DNA of 64,000 nucleotides, from NCBI GenBank assembly GCA_963798915.1, contig CAWCVB010000015.1:15518-79517 (forward strand), written 5' to 3'. Made by a program: the position numbers and the translations under genes. The notes below the pieces were generated by a model, which saw only the letters and a list, made by a program, of their open reading frames with translations, did not search any database and had not been told where the DNA came from. This DNA comes from an uncultured Gemmatimonadales bacterium. GTDB lineage: Bacteria; Gemmatimonadota; Gemmatimonadetes; Gemmatimonadales; GWC2-71-9. Of the stretch, positions 8,775 to 18,357 are shown in pieces (position 1 is the stretch's first letter; each line of letters begins with the position of its first letter).

Positions 8775-10217
8775 ATGGCCAGGCGTTCGGGCAGTGCGGA
8801 GCAGTTCGACGCCATCGTGATTGGCGCGGGCGAAGCCGGCACGGTGGTGGCAAGCCAAGCCGTGCAAGCGGACAAGCGCGTGGCGATGATATTTCTCCCG
8901 CCATACGGCAGTACCTGCCTGAACGCCGGCTGCGTACCGAGCAAGTTTCTCATCCATCGCGCGCGGATCGCTCATCAGGTGCGCACAGCTCGCCGCTTTC
9001 ATATCGAAACGGAGGGCCCTCGCGTCCACTTTGGCCTCATCGCGGAGGAAAAGGACGCGATGGTCGAGGCTCACCGCCACGAAAGCTGGGCGGCGGCCCG
9101 GTCGGACCCTCGGCTGGCGCTCGTAGAAGGCTCGGCGCGGTTTTATTCCGCGCGAGAAGTGCGGGTGAACAATCGTCGCTTGTCGGCCAATGACATCTTC
9201 ATCGCCACCGGTTTGCGCCCGCATGTCCCCGATCTGCCGGGCCTCGTAAGGGATCGCGCGCTCACTAGCGACACTGTGATGATGCTCACGGCGATTCCGG
9301 AGCATCTCATCGTCATTGGAGGTGGTTACGTGGCCTGCGAACTGGGCCAGACATTCCACCGCTTCGGTTCTCGAGTCACCATCATCCAGAGCGGCGCACA
9401 CCTCCTGGCGCACGAAGAGCCCGACGTGAGCCGGGTGCTGGCCAAGGCGCTGCGCGAGGAGGGGCTGCAGCTGCTGCTCGGGCACAAGGCGACCCGGGTG
9501 GAGCATTCCCCATCGGCGGTTCGGGTATGGACTCAACCAGCCGAAGGCGCGGAGGTGGTGTGTGAAGGTTCTCATCTGCTTCTGGCCACCGGGCGACGGC
9601 CCAATACCGGCCAACTCGGGCTGGATGCAGCCGGTGTTGTGACCGACCAGGAAGGGTACGTGAAAGTAGGTGAGGACATGGCAACCTCGGTGCCCGGCAT
9701 CTGGGGCATCGGTGATGTAAATGGCCTGCAACCCTTTACCCGCGTGTGCCAGGAGGAGGCCAAGGTCTCGTATGCAAATGCGTTCGAGGGTGCGAGCCAG
9801 CGGCTGCATCGTGGTTGGCTGGGTCATGCCGTCTTCACCGACCCGGAGATCGGCAGTGTCGGCCTGACCGAGGCCGCTGCGCGGGCTGAGGGCCATGACG
9901 TAGCGGTGGGACTGGTGACGTTCGACCAGGTGGCGAGGGCAAGGCTGACAGGAGAGACCACCGGGATGATCAAGTACGTGGTGGAGCGGCAAACCCATCA
10001 AGTGCTTGGATGCCACGTGATCGGGCCCCATGCCGCCGAGCTGGTGTATGCTGCTATCCCCACGATGCGGCAGAATGGCCGGCTCGAAGAAGTCGCCGAG
10101 GCGGTGGGCATCTTCCCGACCCTTCAGGAGGGACTGGAAGGCGCCGCTCGGGGGCTTATGAAAAAGTTGGGCGCGAGCGATCGCCGCGGTCCGCCCGCGA
10201 TGAATCCAGTTCTTTGA
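8775..10217 (+). CDS. Class-I pyridine nucleotide-disulfide oxidoreductase (MerA/LpdA-like; substrate unknown)
   Basis: GGAGG RBS; IVIGAGEAG, redox CLNAGC, IGGGYVACE, ATGRRPNT, GIGDV, FTDPEIGSVG; C-terminal FPTLQE. Confidence 0.9.
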   Translation: MARRSGSAEQFDAIVIGAGEAGTVVASQAVQADKRVAMIFLPPYGSTCLNAGCVPSKFLIHRARIAHQVRTARRFHIETEGPRVHFGLIAEEKDAMVEAHRHESWAAARSDPRLALVEGSARFYSAREVRVNNRRLSANDIFIATGLRPHVPDLPGLVRDRALTSDTVMMLTAIPEHLIVIGGGYVACELGQTFHRFGSRVTIIQSGAHLLAHEEPDVSRVLAKALREEGLQLLLGHKATRVEHSPSAVRVWTQPAEGAEVVCEGSHLLLATGRRPNTGQLGLDAAGVVTDQEGYVKVGEDMATSVPGIWGIGDVNGLQPFTRVCQEEAKVSYANAFEGASQRLHRGWLGHAVFTDPEIGSVGLTEAAARAEGHDVAVGLVTFDQVARARLTGETTGMIKYVVERQTHQVLGCHVIGPHAAELVYAAIPTMRQNGRLEEVAEAVGIFPTLQEGLEGAARGLMKKLGASDRRGPPAMNPVL

Positions 10218-10237
10218 CCGCGGAAAAGGACACTATC

Positions 10238-10354
10238 ATGGCGAAGGATTTCAAATGCCAGATGTGCGGGGCGGAGTTTGACACCCGCGAGCAGCTGGAC
10301 GAGCACAATCGAACCAAGCACGCCGGAGCAGGGAGTCCGGCGACGAAAAGCTGA
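10238..10354 (+). CDS. 38-aa classical C2H2 zinc-finger microprotein
   Basis: AAAGGA RBS 7 nt upstream; MAKDFKCQMCGAEFDTREQLDEHNRTKHAGAGSPATKS matches F-x-C-x2-C-x3-F-x5-L-x2-H-x4-H. Confidence 0.8.
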   Translation: MAKDFKCQMCGAEFDTREQLDEHNRTKHAGAGSPATKS

Positions 10355-10440
10355 AGGCTGAAGGCTGAAGGCTGAAGGCTGAAGGCTGAAGCGAACGTAC
10401 CGCTTCGAGCTTTCAGCCTTCAGCTTTTGGCTTTCAGCCC
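10350..10440. repeat. (GCTGAAG)x6 followed by ~4 degenerate inverted copies; hairpin between convergent genes
   Basis: Six perfect units at 10350-10391; GCTTTCA GCCTTCA GCTTTTG GCTTTCA at 10409-10436. Confidence 0.9.
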
Positions 10441-11993
10441 TACTCCCATTCAATCGTCGCCGGCGGTTTCGAGCTCACGTCGTACACGACTCGGTTGACG
10501 CCATCCACTTCATTGGCGATCCGATTGGAAATGTGCGCCAGCACATCCGGTGGAAACGGAAACCAGTCCGCCGTCATGCCGTCCCGGCTGGTGACGGCAC
10601 GGAGCGCGATGACCTGGTCGTAGCTCCGTTCGTCCCCCTGCACCCCGACCGAGCGGATGGGCAGCAGCACCGCGAAGGCCTGCCAGATGTCGTCGTAGAG
10701 GCCGGCAGCGCGGATTTCCTCGATGTAGATCGCATCGGCCCGCCGAAGGGTGTCGAGTGCAGACGCGTTGACATCTCCCAGGATCCTGATGGCGAGGCCA
10801 GGCCCGGGAAAGGGATGCCGTCCCACCATCTCCTCCGGCAAGCCCAGCTCACGCCCGACCTGACGAACCTCATCCTTGAACAGTTCGCGGAGCGGCTCGA
10901 TCAGCTTGAACGGCAACCGCTCCGGCAATCCGCCCACGTTGTGGTGGCTCTTGATCGTGACGGACGGACCACCCATGGGCGAGACCGATTCGATCACGTC
11001 CGGGTAGAGCGTGCCCTGCACCAGGTAGGCCACCTCACCATCCACGGAACGTGCTTCCGCCGCGAACACGTCGATGAAGGTGTGACCGATACGACGTCGC
11101 TTGAGCTCCGGGTCGGTCACATCGGCAAGCTGGGCCAGGAACTGCTGGCTGGCATCCACCACCCGGAGATCGATGCCAAGATTACTGCGGAACGCCTGCT
11201 CCACCTGCTCGCGCTCGTGCAGCCGGAGCAGGCCATGGTCCACAAAGATGCAGGTCAGCCGGTCGCCAACAGCGCGATGCACCAGTGCTGCCGCCACCGC
11301 GCTGTCCACCCCACCCGACAGACCGCAGATCACCCGCTGGTCGGGCCCAACCAGCTCGGCGATGCGGGCCACTTCGCGATCGACAAAATGTCCCGGCGTC
11401 CAGTCGGGCGTGCATCCGCAGATATCGAAGATGAAAGCCGAGAGGATCTCGCCTCCCCGCGGCGTGTGGGCCACCTCGGGATGGAATTGGACACCGAACA
11501 GTGGCCGTGATTCGTGCTCGATGGCGGCAATCGGAGTGTTGGGACTGCGGGCCACCACCCGATAGCCGCGCGGGGCCGCATCGACGTGATCACCATGGCT
11601 CATCCAGACCGGTGTTTCCTCGCCAGCAGCAAAGCTCCGCAACAGCCGTCCACCATCTGTGCGAATCATCGCTCGGCCGTATTCCCGGCGCGAGGCGCGC
11701 ACCACAGTCCCACCGCTCAACTGCGCCAGCAGCTGCATCCCATAACAGACGCCGAGAATCGGGATGCCCAGCTCCAGCAGGGCCGGATCGGCCGTCGGGA
11801 CGTTGTCGCCGTAGACCGAGTTGGGCCCGCCGGACAGAATGATCCCCCGCGGCTGCCAGTCCCGAATCCAGTCAATCGCCCGGCTGGGTGGGTGAATTTC
11901 GCAGTAGACGTGGGCCTCGCGCACGCGCCGGGCGATGAGCTGCGTGTATTGCGAGCCGAAGTCGATGATCAGGATGCCTGGCTCATGTGCCAT
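10440..11993 (-). CDS. guaA: GMP synthase (glutamine-hydrolysing)
   Basis: [51 protein letters not shown]. Confidence 0.98.
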   Translation of the reverse strand: MAHEPGILIIDFGSQYTQLIARRVREAHVYCEIHPPSRAIDWIRDWQPRGIILSGGPNSVYGDNVPTADPALLELGIPILGVCYGMQLLAQLSGGTVVRASRREYGRAMIRTDGGRLLRSFAAGEETPVWMSHGDHVDAAPRGYRVVARSPNTPIAAIEHESRPLFGVQFHPEVAHTPRGGEILSAFIFDICGCTPDWTPGHFVDREVARIAELVGPDQRVICGLSGGVDSAVAAALVHRAVGDRLTCIFVDHGLLRLHEREQVEQAFRSNLGIDLRVVDASQQFLAQLADVTDPELKRRRIGHTFIDVFAAEARSVDGEVAYLVQGTLYPDVIESVSPMGGPSVTIKSHHNVGGLPERLPFKLIEPLRELFKDEVRQVGRELGLPEEMVGRHPFPGPGLAIRILGDVNASALDTLRRADAIYIEEIRAAGLYDDIWQAFAVLLPIRSVGVQGDERSYDQVIALRAVTSRDGMTADWFPFPPDVLAHISNRIANEVDGVNRVVYDVSSKPPATIEWE

Positions 11994-12000
11994 GGTGCGT

Positions 12001-13326
12001 TCAGTCTCCCGCGCCCAATTCGCCCCGCATGAGATCGTCCGCCGATTCGCGCGGCCGGATGATGGAAAACGTTCCGGCGCTCAGCAGGACCTCGGCCGCT
12101 CGAGGTCGGCTGTTGTAGTTGGAACTCATGACGAACCCGTACGCGCCCGCACCGAGCAAGGCCAACTGCTCGCCCCGGCGAACGTCCGGCAGGTCGCGCC
12201 CAAGGGCCAGGTAGTCGCCTGATTCACAGACCGGCCCGACCACGTCCACGCGCCCCACCGCGCGTCCGGAGTCGCGCAGCTCCAGGATCTCATGCCACGC
12301 CTGATAGTGACTCGGTCGCACGAGGTCGTTCATGCCCGCGTCCACGATCACCACGTCCCGGCCGCCGGTATGCTTGCGATACAGCACGGTTGTCAGCAGC
12401 ACGCCGGAGGCGGCCACCAGGTAGCGTCCGGGTTCGAGCGCCAACTCGAGGCCCGTCTCGCCCACCAGCGGCGCAATGGCCGCCGCCAGCGCTGCGGGCT
12501 CGAGCGGCTTCTCGTCGTGGTAGCGCACGCCGAGGCCGCCTCCGATGTCGATCGTCCGTATGGTGTCCACCCCGGCGCCACGGAGCTGATCCAACAGCAG
12601 CAGCAGTCGCGCGATCCCCTCCTGGTAGGGGGCCGGATCCAGCAACTGGCTGCCCAGGTGCATTGCAATGGTGTCGAGCTCAAGCCACCGCTGGCGCGCA
12701 ATCGCCTGCGCCATGGGCACCACCTGGTCGACTGGCACCCCGAACTTGATGCCTCCCTGTCCCGTCGCGATGAACGGATGGGTCTCCGCGGTGACGTCAG
12801 GGTTGACCCGGATTCCGACGGTCGCCCGGTGCTGCAGCCGCTCGCACACCTGCACCAGCGCGTCGAGTTCCGCCACCGATTCCAGGTGGATGTGACCGAT
12901 GCCGCCGCGAAGCGCGGCCTCAAGTTCGGCATCGGTCTTTCCGACACCACTGAAGACAATGCGAGCGGGCGGAAAGCCGGCGGCCTGCGCCCGACGGAGT
13001 TCGCCACCCGAGACGATGTCGGCCCCGGCGCCCAGGCGGCGCAGCAGGCGCAGGATAGCCAGGTTCGAGTTGGCCTTCACGGCGTAGGCAATGCGGTGCG
13101 GCAGCGCGCCCAATGCGTCATCCAGCGCCTGATAGCGCGCCCGGATCACATCGGCGCTATACACGAAGGTCGGCGTGCCGGCAGCAGCAGCGATCGCGGA
13201 CAATGCCACGCCGCCCATGACGAGTTCGCCATCCTGGCGCTCGAGCCCGGCGTCGGCCAGCAGCTGGGCCCGGGCAGCGGGTGGTGTCTGGCGGGCCTGC
13301 GGCTGGCTCAGTAAGCCTTTGCCCAC
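12001..13326 (-). CDS. lysA: Diaminopimelate decarboxylase (start approximate; overlaps proS end)
   Basis: [11 protein letters not shown] lysine, [44 protein letters not shown]. Confidence 0.95.
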   Translation of the reverse strand: MGKGLLSQPQARQTPPAARAQLLADAGLERQDGELVMGGVALSAIAAAAGTPTFVYSADVIRARYQALDDALGALPHRIAYAVKANSNLAILRLLRRLGAGADIVSGGELRRAQAAGFPPARIVFSGVGKTDAELEAALRGGIGHIHLESVAELDALVQVCERLQHRATVGIRVNPDVTAETHPFIATGQGGIKFGVPVDQVVPMAQAIARQRWLELDTIAMHLGSQLLDPAPYQEGIARLLLLLDQLRGAGVDTIRTIDIGGGLGVRYHDEKPLEPAALAAAIAPLVGETGLELALEPGRYLVAASGVLLTTVLYRKHTGGRDVVIVDAGMNDLVRPSHYQAWHEILELRDSGRAVGRVDVVGPVCESGDYLALGRDLPDVRRGEQLALLGAGAYGFVMSSNYNSRPRAAEVLLSAGTFSIIRPRESADDLMRGELGAGD

Positions 13327-14756
13327 ACGGCCTCCGCCACGCTGGGGCGATCGCACCAGGTGCAGCGCTCGGGCGCCGGGGTCGACTGAAATTCCGGATC
13401 AGGGAGCACCCGGATCGTTGCCTTGGTCTGCTCCTTGATCTCTGCCTCGCAGGCGGGATCACCACAGAAGCCGCCATACACGAACCCGCCCTCGCCGGCC
13501 ATGCGCTCGATGAACTGTGCCTTGGTCGCTCCCCGAAGGCTGGCCGCCTCGCGGCGCGCGCGCGCGGCCTCCAGCAGCGCGGCCTGCATGGCGTCCATTT
13601 CCTGCTGCAGCCGCTTGGCAATCCCCACGAGCGAAACCGGCTCTTTCCGGCCGCCCGTTCGACGGGCCAGCATCACCGATCCCGCGGCCAGATCCCGAGG
13701 CCCGATCTCGAGACGGAAGGGAACGCCCCGCGCCTCCCATTCGTAGTATTTTGCCCCGGGCTTCAAACCATCGCGATCATCAAGGTGAGTGCGGATCTGC
13801 GCCGCGCGCAGATCGTGCAGGAGCGCCCGCGCGGCAGCGGTCACGGCCTCCTGCTCCTCTCCGGTCCGGTAGATTGGCACGATCACCACCTGCCACTGCG
13901 CCAGCCGGGGCGGACAGATCAGGCCCTGGTCGTCGCTGTGGGTCATGATGAGCGCTCCCACCAGCCGGGTCGAGACGCCCCACGACGTATTCCATACGTG
14001 ATCGAGCCGCCCATCGGCGGTCTGGTAGGTCACCTCGAACGCCTTGGCAAAGTTCTGGCCCAGGTTGTGACTGGTGCCCGCCTGCAGGGCTCGGTTGTCC
14101 TGCATCAGTGCCTCGCAGGCATAGGTCCGCAAGGCCCCCGCAAACCGCTCACTGTCGGTCTTCCGGCCGGTGAGGACCGGCATCGCCATCCATTCCTCCA
14201 TGAAGGTCCGGTAGAGGCCAAGGATCATGAGTGTTTCCGCCTCCGCCTCCGCTTCGGTTGCATGCGCCGTATGGCCTTCCTGCCACAGGAACTCGGTGGT
14301 GCGCAGGAAAAGCCGTGTCCGCATCTCCCACCGGACGACATTGGCCCACTGGTTGATCAGGAGCGGAAGGTCGCGGTAGCTCTGGATCCACTTGGCATAC
14401 ATCGCGTAGATGATGGTTTCCGACGTCGGCCGGACTACCAGTGGTTCCTCGAGCTCCTTGCCGCCGCCAATGGTGACCACGGCCGTCTCAGGCGCAAAAC
14501 CCTCGACATGCTCGGCCTCGCGCGCAAGAAAGCTCTGCGGGATGAAGAGCGGGAAGTACGCGTTCTGATGCCCGGTGTCCTTGAACATCGTATCCAGTGC
14601 CCGCTGCATCTGCTCCCAGATCGCGTAGCCGTTGGGGCGGATGACCATGCACCCGCGCACCGGGCTGTAGTCGGCCAGCTCGGCCTTGGCGATGACATCG
14701 TTATACCACGCACTGAAGTCTTCGGCCCGCGTGGTCAGCGCCTTCTCTTGCGACAT
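13308..14756 (-). CDS. proS: Proline--tRNA ligase, archaeal/eukaryotic type
   Basis: RPTSETII, QWANVVRWEMRTRLFLRTTEFLWQEGHT, QAGTSHNLGQNF; C-terminal domain ending AKAY; no INS editing domain. Confidence 0.97.
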   Translation of the reverse strand: MSQEKALTTRAEDFSAWYNDVIAKAELADYSPVRGCMVIRPNGYAIWEQMQRALDTMFKDTGHQNAYFPLFIPQSFLAREAEHVEGFAPETAVVTIGGGKELEEPLVVRPTSETIIYAMYAKWIQSYRDLPLLINQWANVVRWEMRTRLFLRTTEFLWQEGHTAHATEAEAEAETLMILGLYRTFMEEWMAMPVLTGRKTDSERFAGALRTYACEALMQDNRALQAGTSHNLGQNFAKAFEVTYQTADGRLDHVWNTSWGVSTRLVGALIMTHSDDQGLICPPRLAQWQVVIVPIYRTGEEQEAVTAAARALLHDLRAAQIRTHLDDRDGLKPGAKYYEWEARGVPFRLEIGPRDLAAGSVMLARRTGGRKEPVSLVGIAKRLQQEMDAMQAALLEAARARREAASLRGATKAQFIERMAGEGGFVYGGFCGDPACEAEIKEQTKATIRVLPDPEFQSTPAPERCTWCDRPSVAEAVWAKAY

Positions 14757-16099
14757 CAGGTCTCCTTCACACCTGGATATTGTTCCTGTCCTGAACCACC
14801 GGCAGGCTGCGGCGCGCGCGCCAGATCGGTCACAACGCGACTTCGATCCACCCTGCGCTGTTCTCCGCTGGTCAGGTTCTTGATGACCACGCCCCCTGCG
14901 CCGAGATCGTCAGGTTCCATCACAACCACCCATCTGGCTCCGCGGGCATCCGCCAGCTTGAACTGTCTCGCCAGTGACTGGCCGCCCATGGCAAATTCGG
15001 TCCCAAGTCCCGCATCTCTACACTCGTGCACCAGTGCCAGAACAGCCGGTGCGTCCTCCGGCGTGACACCAGCCACAAAGACGTCGACCGTCGACCGTCG
15101 ACCGTCGACCAACTTGCGATCCTTCAACAGTTCACCGAGCACCACGTCACCCATACCGAAGCCGAGAGCCGGGAGGTCCACGCCGCCCAGGTTGGCGAGC
15201 AGGTTATCGTAGCGCCCGCCGCCGCAAATGGCGCGAAGAGTGCGCCCGGCGTCGAACAGCTCGAAGACCGTTCCCGTGTAATACGCCAGGCCCCGCACGA
15301 TCCTGAGGTCCACATCCACGAAATCACCGAGGCCCATTGCCTCAAGGCCGGCGACGGTGCGCTCGAGCGGGTCCAGCACATCGGCGGCGACTGGCGCGCC
15401 GGCCAGCAGCGACCGGACATCCTCCAGTCCGCGCAGTTCAGCGACCCGAAACACCGCTTCGTTGGCCTCGCCGGAGAAGCCCGCCGCATGCAGCCGGGAG
15501 GCCAGCTCACTGCGCGATGACCGCTCCAGCTTGTCGATGGCCAGAAAGGCTTCGGGAATGCCCTGCTCGGGTACGCCGGCATGCCGCAGCAGGCCGGTGA
15601 GCACGCGGCGGTCCGAGAGGCGGACCCGCACATCTTCGTGTCCCAGACCCAACGCGCGCATCACATCCAGCGCGAGAGCGATGATCTCGACGTCGGCGAG
15701 AGGACCAGCTTCGCCGATGAGGTCGCAATTGAGCTGGAAATGCTCGCGCAGCCTGCCGCGCTGCTGCCGCTCGTAACGGAAGAGCTGGGGAATGGAGAAC
15801 CATCGCACCGGCTTCTTGAGGCCATTGGCGCGCGCGGCCACCATGCGCGCCAGTGTGGGAGTCATCTCGGGTCGAAGCGCTACAGCCCTGCCACCCTTGT
15901 CCTCGAAGCTGTACAGTTGGGCAACGATCTCCGGTCCGCTCTTGCCCGTGTAAAGATCGAGCGGTTCAAGCGGAGGGCCGTCATATTCCTCGAACCCGTA
16001 GCGGCGGGCCACATCCCGCCAGGTGCGAAAGATGTGCGTCCGCAGCGCGAGATCTTCCGGATAAAAGTCGCGAAATCCCGGCAGGGCCTGACTTTGCAT
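14756..16099 (-). CDS. hisS: Histidine--tRNA ligase
   Basis: LRPEMTP, FRYERQQRGRLREHFQ, RGLAYYTG, GGGRYDNL, GFGMG. Confidence 0.97.
   Translation of the reverse strand: MQSQALPGFRDFYPEDLALRTHIFRTWRDVARRYGFEEYDGPPLEPLDLYTGKSGPEIVAQLYSFEDKGGRAVALRPEMTPTLARMVAARANGLKKPVRWFSIPQLFRYERQQRGRLREHFQLNCDLIGEAGPLADVEIIALALDVMRALGLGHEDVRVRLSDRRVLTGLLRHAGVPEQGIPEAFLAIDKLERSSRSELASRLHAAGFSGEANEAVFRVAELRGLEDVRSLLAGAPVAADVLDPLERTVAGLEAMGLGDFVDVDLRIVRGLAYYTGTVFELFDAGRTLRAICGGGRYDNLLANLGGVDLPALGFGMGDVVLGELLKDRKLVDGRRSTVDVFVAGVTPEDAPAVLALVHECRDAGLGTEFAMGGQSLARQFKLADARGARWVVVMEPDDLGAGGVVIKNLTSGEQRRVDRSRVVTDLARAPQPAGGSGQEQYPGVKET
15083..15110. repeat. (GTCGACC)x4 inside hisS
   Basis: Four perfect units, translated as VDGRRSTVD. 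Confidence 0.85.
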
Positions 16100-16128
16100 G
16101 GGCGGGAAGATAGTGGATCGAGGGCCCG

Positions 16129-17373
16129 TCAGTCACCGTCCATCAGTCCCAGAGCAGCCATGACATCGCCGACGGTGTGGAAGCTGCCGGTTACCAGCAC
16201 CGTGCCGGCGCCCTCCTGGGCCAGGGCGAGCGCACGGTTGAAGTCGGGCTCCAGGTGCCACTCGGCCCGTGCTGGCGGTCGGTCCGGACGTGCCAGCCAT
16301 TCCGAGAGCCAACCAAGATCCCAGCCCCGGCTCGCCGCCGTGGGCGCAAGCGTCAGGACGCCCCGGTCGACCACGCCATCGAGGCGGACCAGCATCTCGG
16401 ACCATTCCTTGTCACCGAGGATGGATACCAGCGCGTGGAGCGGACGGGCCGGCCGCATGTCCTCGAGCGCACGTACCAGGGAGTCCATTCCGTCGGGGTT
16501 GTGAGCGACGTCAAAAAGCCAGCGGCCACGGCGATCCAGCCGGCCGGGAAGGCGCGCATCTTCGAATGCCTGGGCCACGACCGCTGGCGGAGGCCGAAAC
16601 CCGGCAGGCAGCGCCTCGAGCACGGCCTGCGCAATCGCGGCATTACGCCGCTGGTGACGCCCTTCCAGGCCAAGAGCGGCCGGCCAGTGCGCCGGCGGCG
16701 GAACGATACGCACATCAGCCTCGGCGCCCGGCATCGCCGCCTGCACCGCCTCCTCCGCCCCCGCTCGAAGCACCGCCACGATGGAAGGATCCGTCTCGCC
16801 AATCACGAACGGCGCCCCGGGCTTGGCGATGGCCGCCTTCTCACGTGCAATCTCCTCAAGGGATTCACCGAGGTACTTCATGTGGTCGCGCGCGACCTTG
16901 GTCACGGCACTCACCAGCGGCCTGAGCACGTTGGTGCTGTCGAGCCGCCCCCCCAGGCCAACCTCGACCACGGCGATCTCGGCGCCACGAGCCGCAAAAT
17001 CCGCCAATGCGATGGCGGTGGTGACCTCGAAGAAGGTGGCGCCCAGCTGCTCAATCAGGGGCCTGAGGCGTTCGACCCACATGGCGACGGCGTCACGGTT
17101 GATCTGGCGACCATTGACCGTGATGCGCTCGCGAAACGAGACGAGATGGGGTGACGTGTAAAGGCCGGTGCGGAACCCGGCGGCCGAGAGCGCCTGCGCC
17201 ACAAGCGTGGCGACACTGCCCTTGCCGTTGGTGCCGCCGACGTGGACCGTGGCAAACTGGTCCTGCGGATTCCCGAGTTCCGCCAGCAGGGCCCGGGTCG
17301 TCTCGAGGCCGAACTTGATGGTGGTCGTGCGTGGGAAGAGGTACTGGAGTGCGTCGCTGTAGGAGAGTGTCAC
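16129..17373 (-). CDS. folC: Dihydrofolate synthase / folylpolyglutamate synthase
   Basis: HVGGTNGKGS, YTSPHL, TFFEVTT, EVGLGGRLDSTN, DVAHNP. Confidence 0.95.
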   Translation of the reverse strand: MTLSYSDALQYLFPRTTTIKFGLETTRALLAELGNPQDQFATVHVGGTNGKGSVATLVAQALSAAGFRTGLYTSPHLVSFRERITVNGRQINRDAVAMWVERLRPLIEQLGATFFEVTTAIALADFAARGAEIAVVEVGLGGRLDSTNVLRPLVSAVTKVARDHMKYLGESLEEIAREKAAIAKPGAPFVIGETDPSIVAVLRAGAEEAVQAAMPGAEADVRIVPPPAHWPAALGLEGRHQRRNAAIAQAVLEALPAGFRPPPAVVAQAFEDARLPGRLDRRGRWLFDVAHNPDGMDSLVRALEDMRPARPLHALVSILGDKEWSEMLVRLDGVVDRGVLTLAPTAASRGWDLGWLSEWLARPDRPPARAEWHLEPDFNRALALAQEGAGTVLVTGSFHTVGDVMAALGLMDGD

Positions 17374-17382
17374 GCGCGGGCG

Positions 17383-18243
17383 TCAGGCCTCGGCCTCCGG
17401 CTGTGCCTTGTGGCGCTGCATGTGCCGCAACAGGCGCGCCGTGGTGTCGCGCAGCGATCCGCGCGGCACCACCTCATCCAGCTGGCCGTGCTCCAGCAGG
17501 AACTCGGCGGTCTGGAAGCCCTCCGGCAGGTCCTGGCCGATGGTCTGCTTGATGACCCGCTGGCCCGCGAAGCCGATGAGGGCACCCGGCTCCGCCAGGA
17601 TGACGTCGCCCTGCATCGCGAATGAGGCCGAAACGCCGCCGGTGGTCGGGTCGGTCAGAATCGTGATGAATGGCACTGATTCACGGTACATGCCCGCAAT
17701 CGCAGCTGAGGTCTTGGCCATCTGCATCAGCGACAAGGTGCCTTCCTGCATCCGGGCGCCGCCCGACGCACAGACCAGCACCAGGGGCAACTTCCGCTCG
17801 GCCGAGCGACGGGCAAGCCTCGCTACCTTCTCGCCCACCACCGAACCCATCGACCCGCCCATGAAGGCGAAATTCATCACGCCCAGATGATATGGAAGCT
17901 CTTCCAGCCGACCAATGCCGGCGTACAAGGCATCCGACGGGCCCGCCTTTTTCCAGGCCCGCTCCAGCCGCTCGGGATACTGTTCGAACTCCAGCGGGTC
18001 GGTCGAACGAAGATCCGGCCAGAGCTCGCGCCAGGTGCCTTCGTCCGTAAGGAGTGCCACGTACTCCTCGGCCGAAAAGCGCTTGTGCTGCCCGCACTCG
18101 GGGCAGACGTTGAGCGCCTTCTCGAACTTCTCGCGAATGTCGATATGACCGCAGCCCTCACACTTTTCCCAGGCGTCGGCAGGAATCTCGAGCCGTTCGC
18201 GCTGGGACGAGCGCGGTTTCCGTTCTTTCTTGAACCAGGCCAT
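17383..18243 (-). CDS. accD: Acetyl-CoA carboxylase carboxyltransferase beta subunit
   Basis: WEKCEGC..CPECG zinc ribbon, FMGGSMGSVVGEK, SGGARMQEG, DPTTGGVSAS, FQTAEFLLEHG. Confidence 0.96.
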   Translation of the reverse strand: MAWFKKERKPRSSQRERLEIPADAWEKCEGCGHIDIREKFEKALNVCPECGQHKRFSAEEYVALLTDEGTWRELWPDLRSTDPLEFEQYPERLERAWKKAGPSDALYAGIGRLEELPYHLGVMNFAFMGGSMGSVVGEKVARLARRSAERKLPLVLVCASGGARMQEGTLSLMQMAKTSAAIAGMYRESVPFITILTDPTTGGVSASFAMQGDVILAEPGALIGFAGQRVIKQTIGQDLPEGFQTAEFLLEHGQLDEVVPRGSLRDTTARLLRHMQRHKAQPEAEA

Positions 18244-18357
18244 TACTGCCATAGGATTCGGGCCGCCGCGGTTGCAGACTTTTTGACGGGCGTGCGTCAA
18301 CCCATCAATGTCGCGCGTCGAGGGCTCCGGCGCCAGACCTCGAATCGTAACCTATTG

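Noticed and set aside
8775..10217. merA or lpdA gene symbol
   Set aside because: No C-terminal Cys-Cys or mer operon for merA; no HPTxxE motif or dehydrogenase complex genes for lpdA
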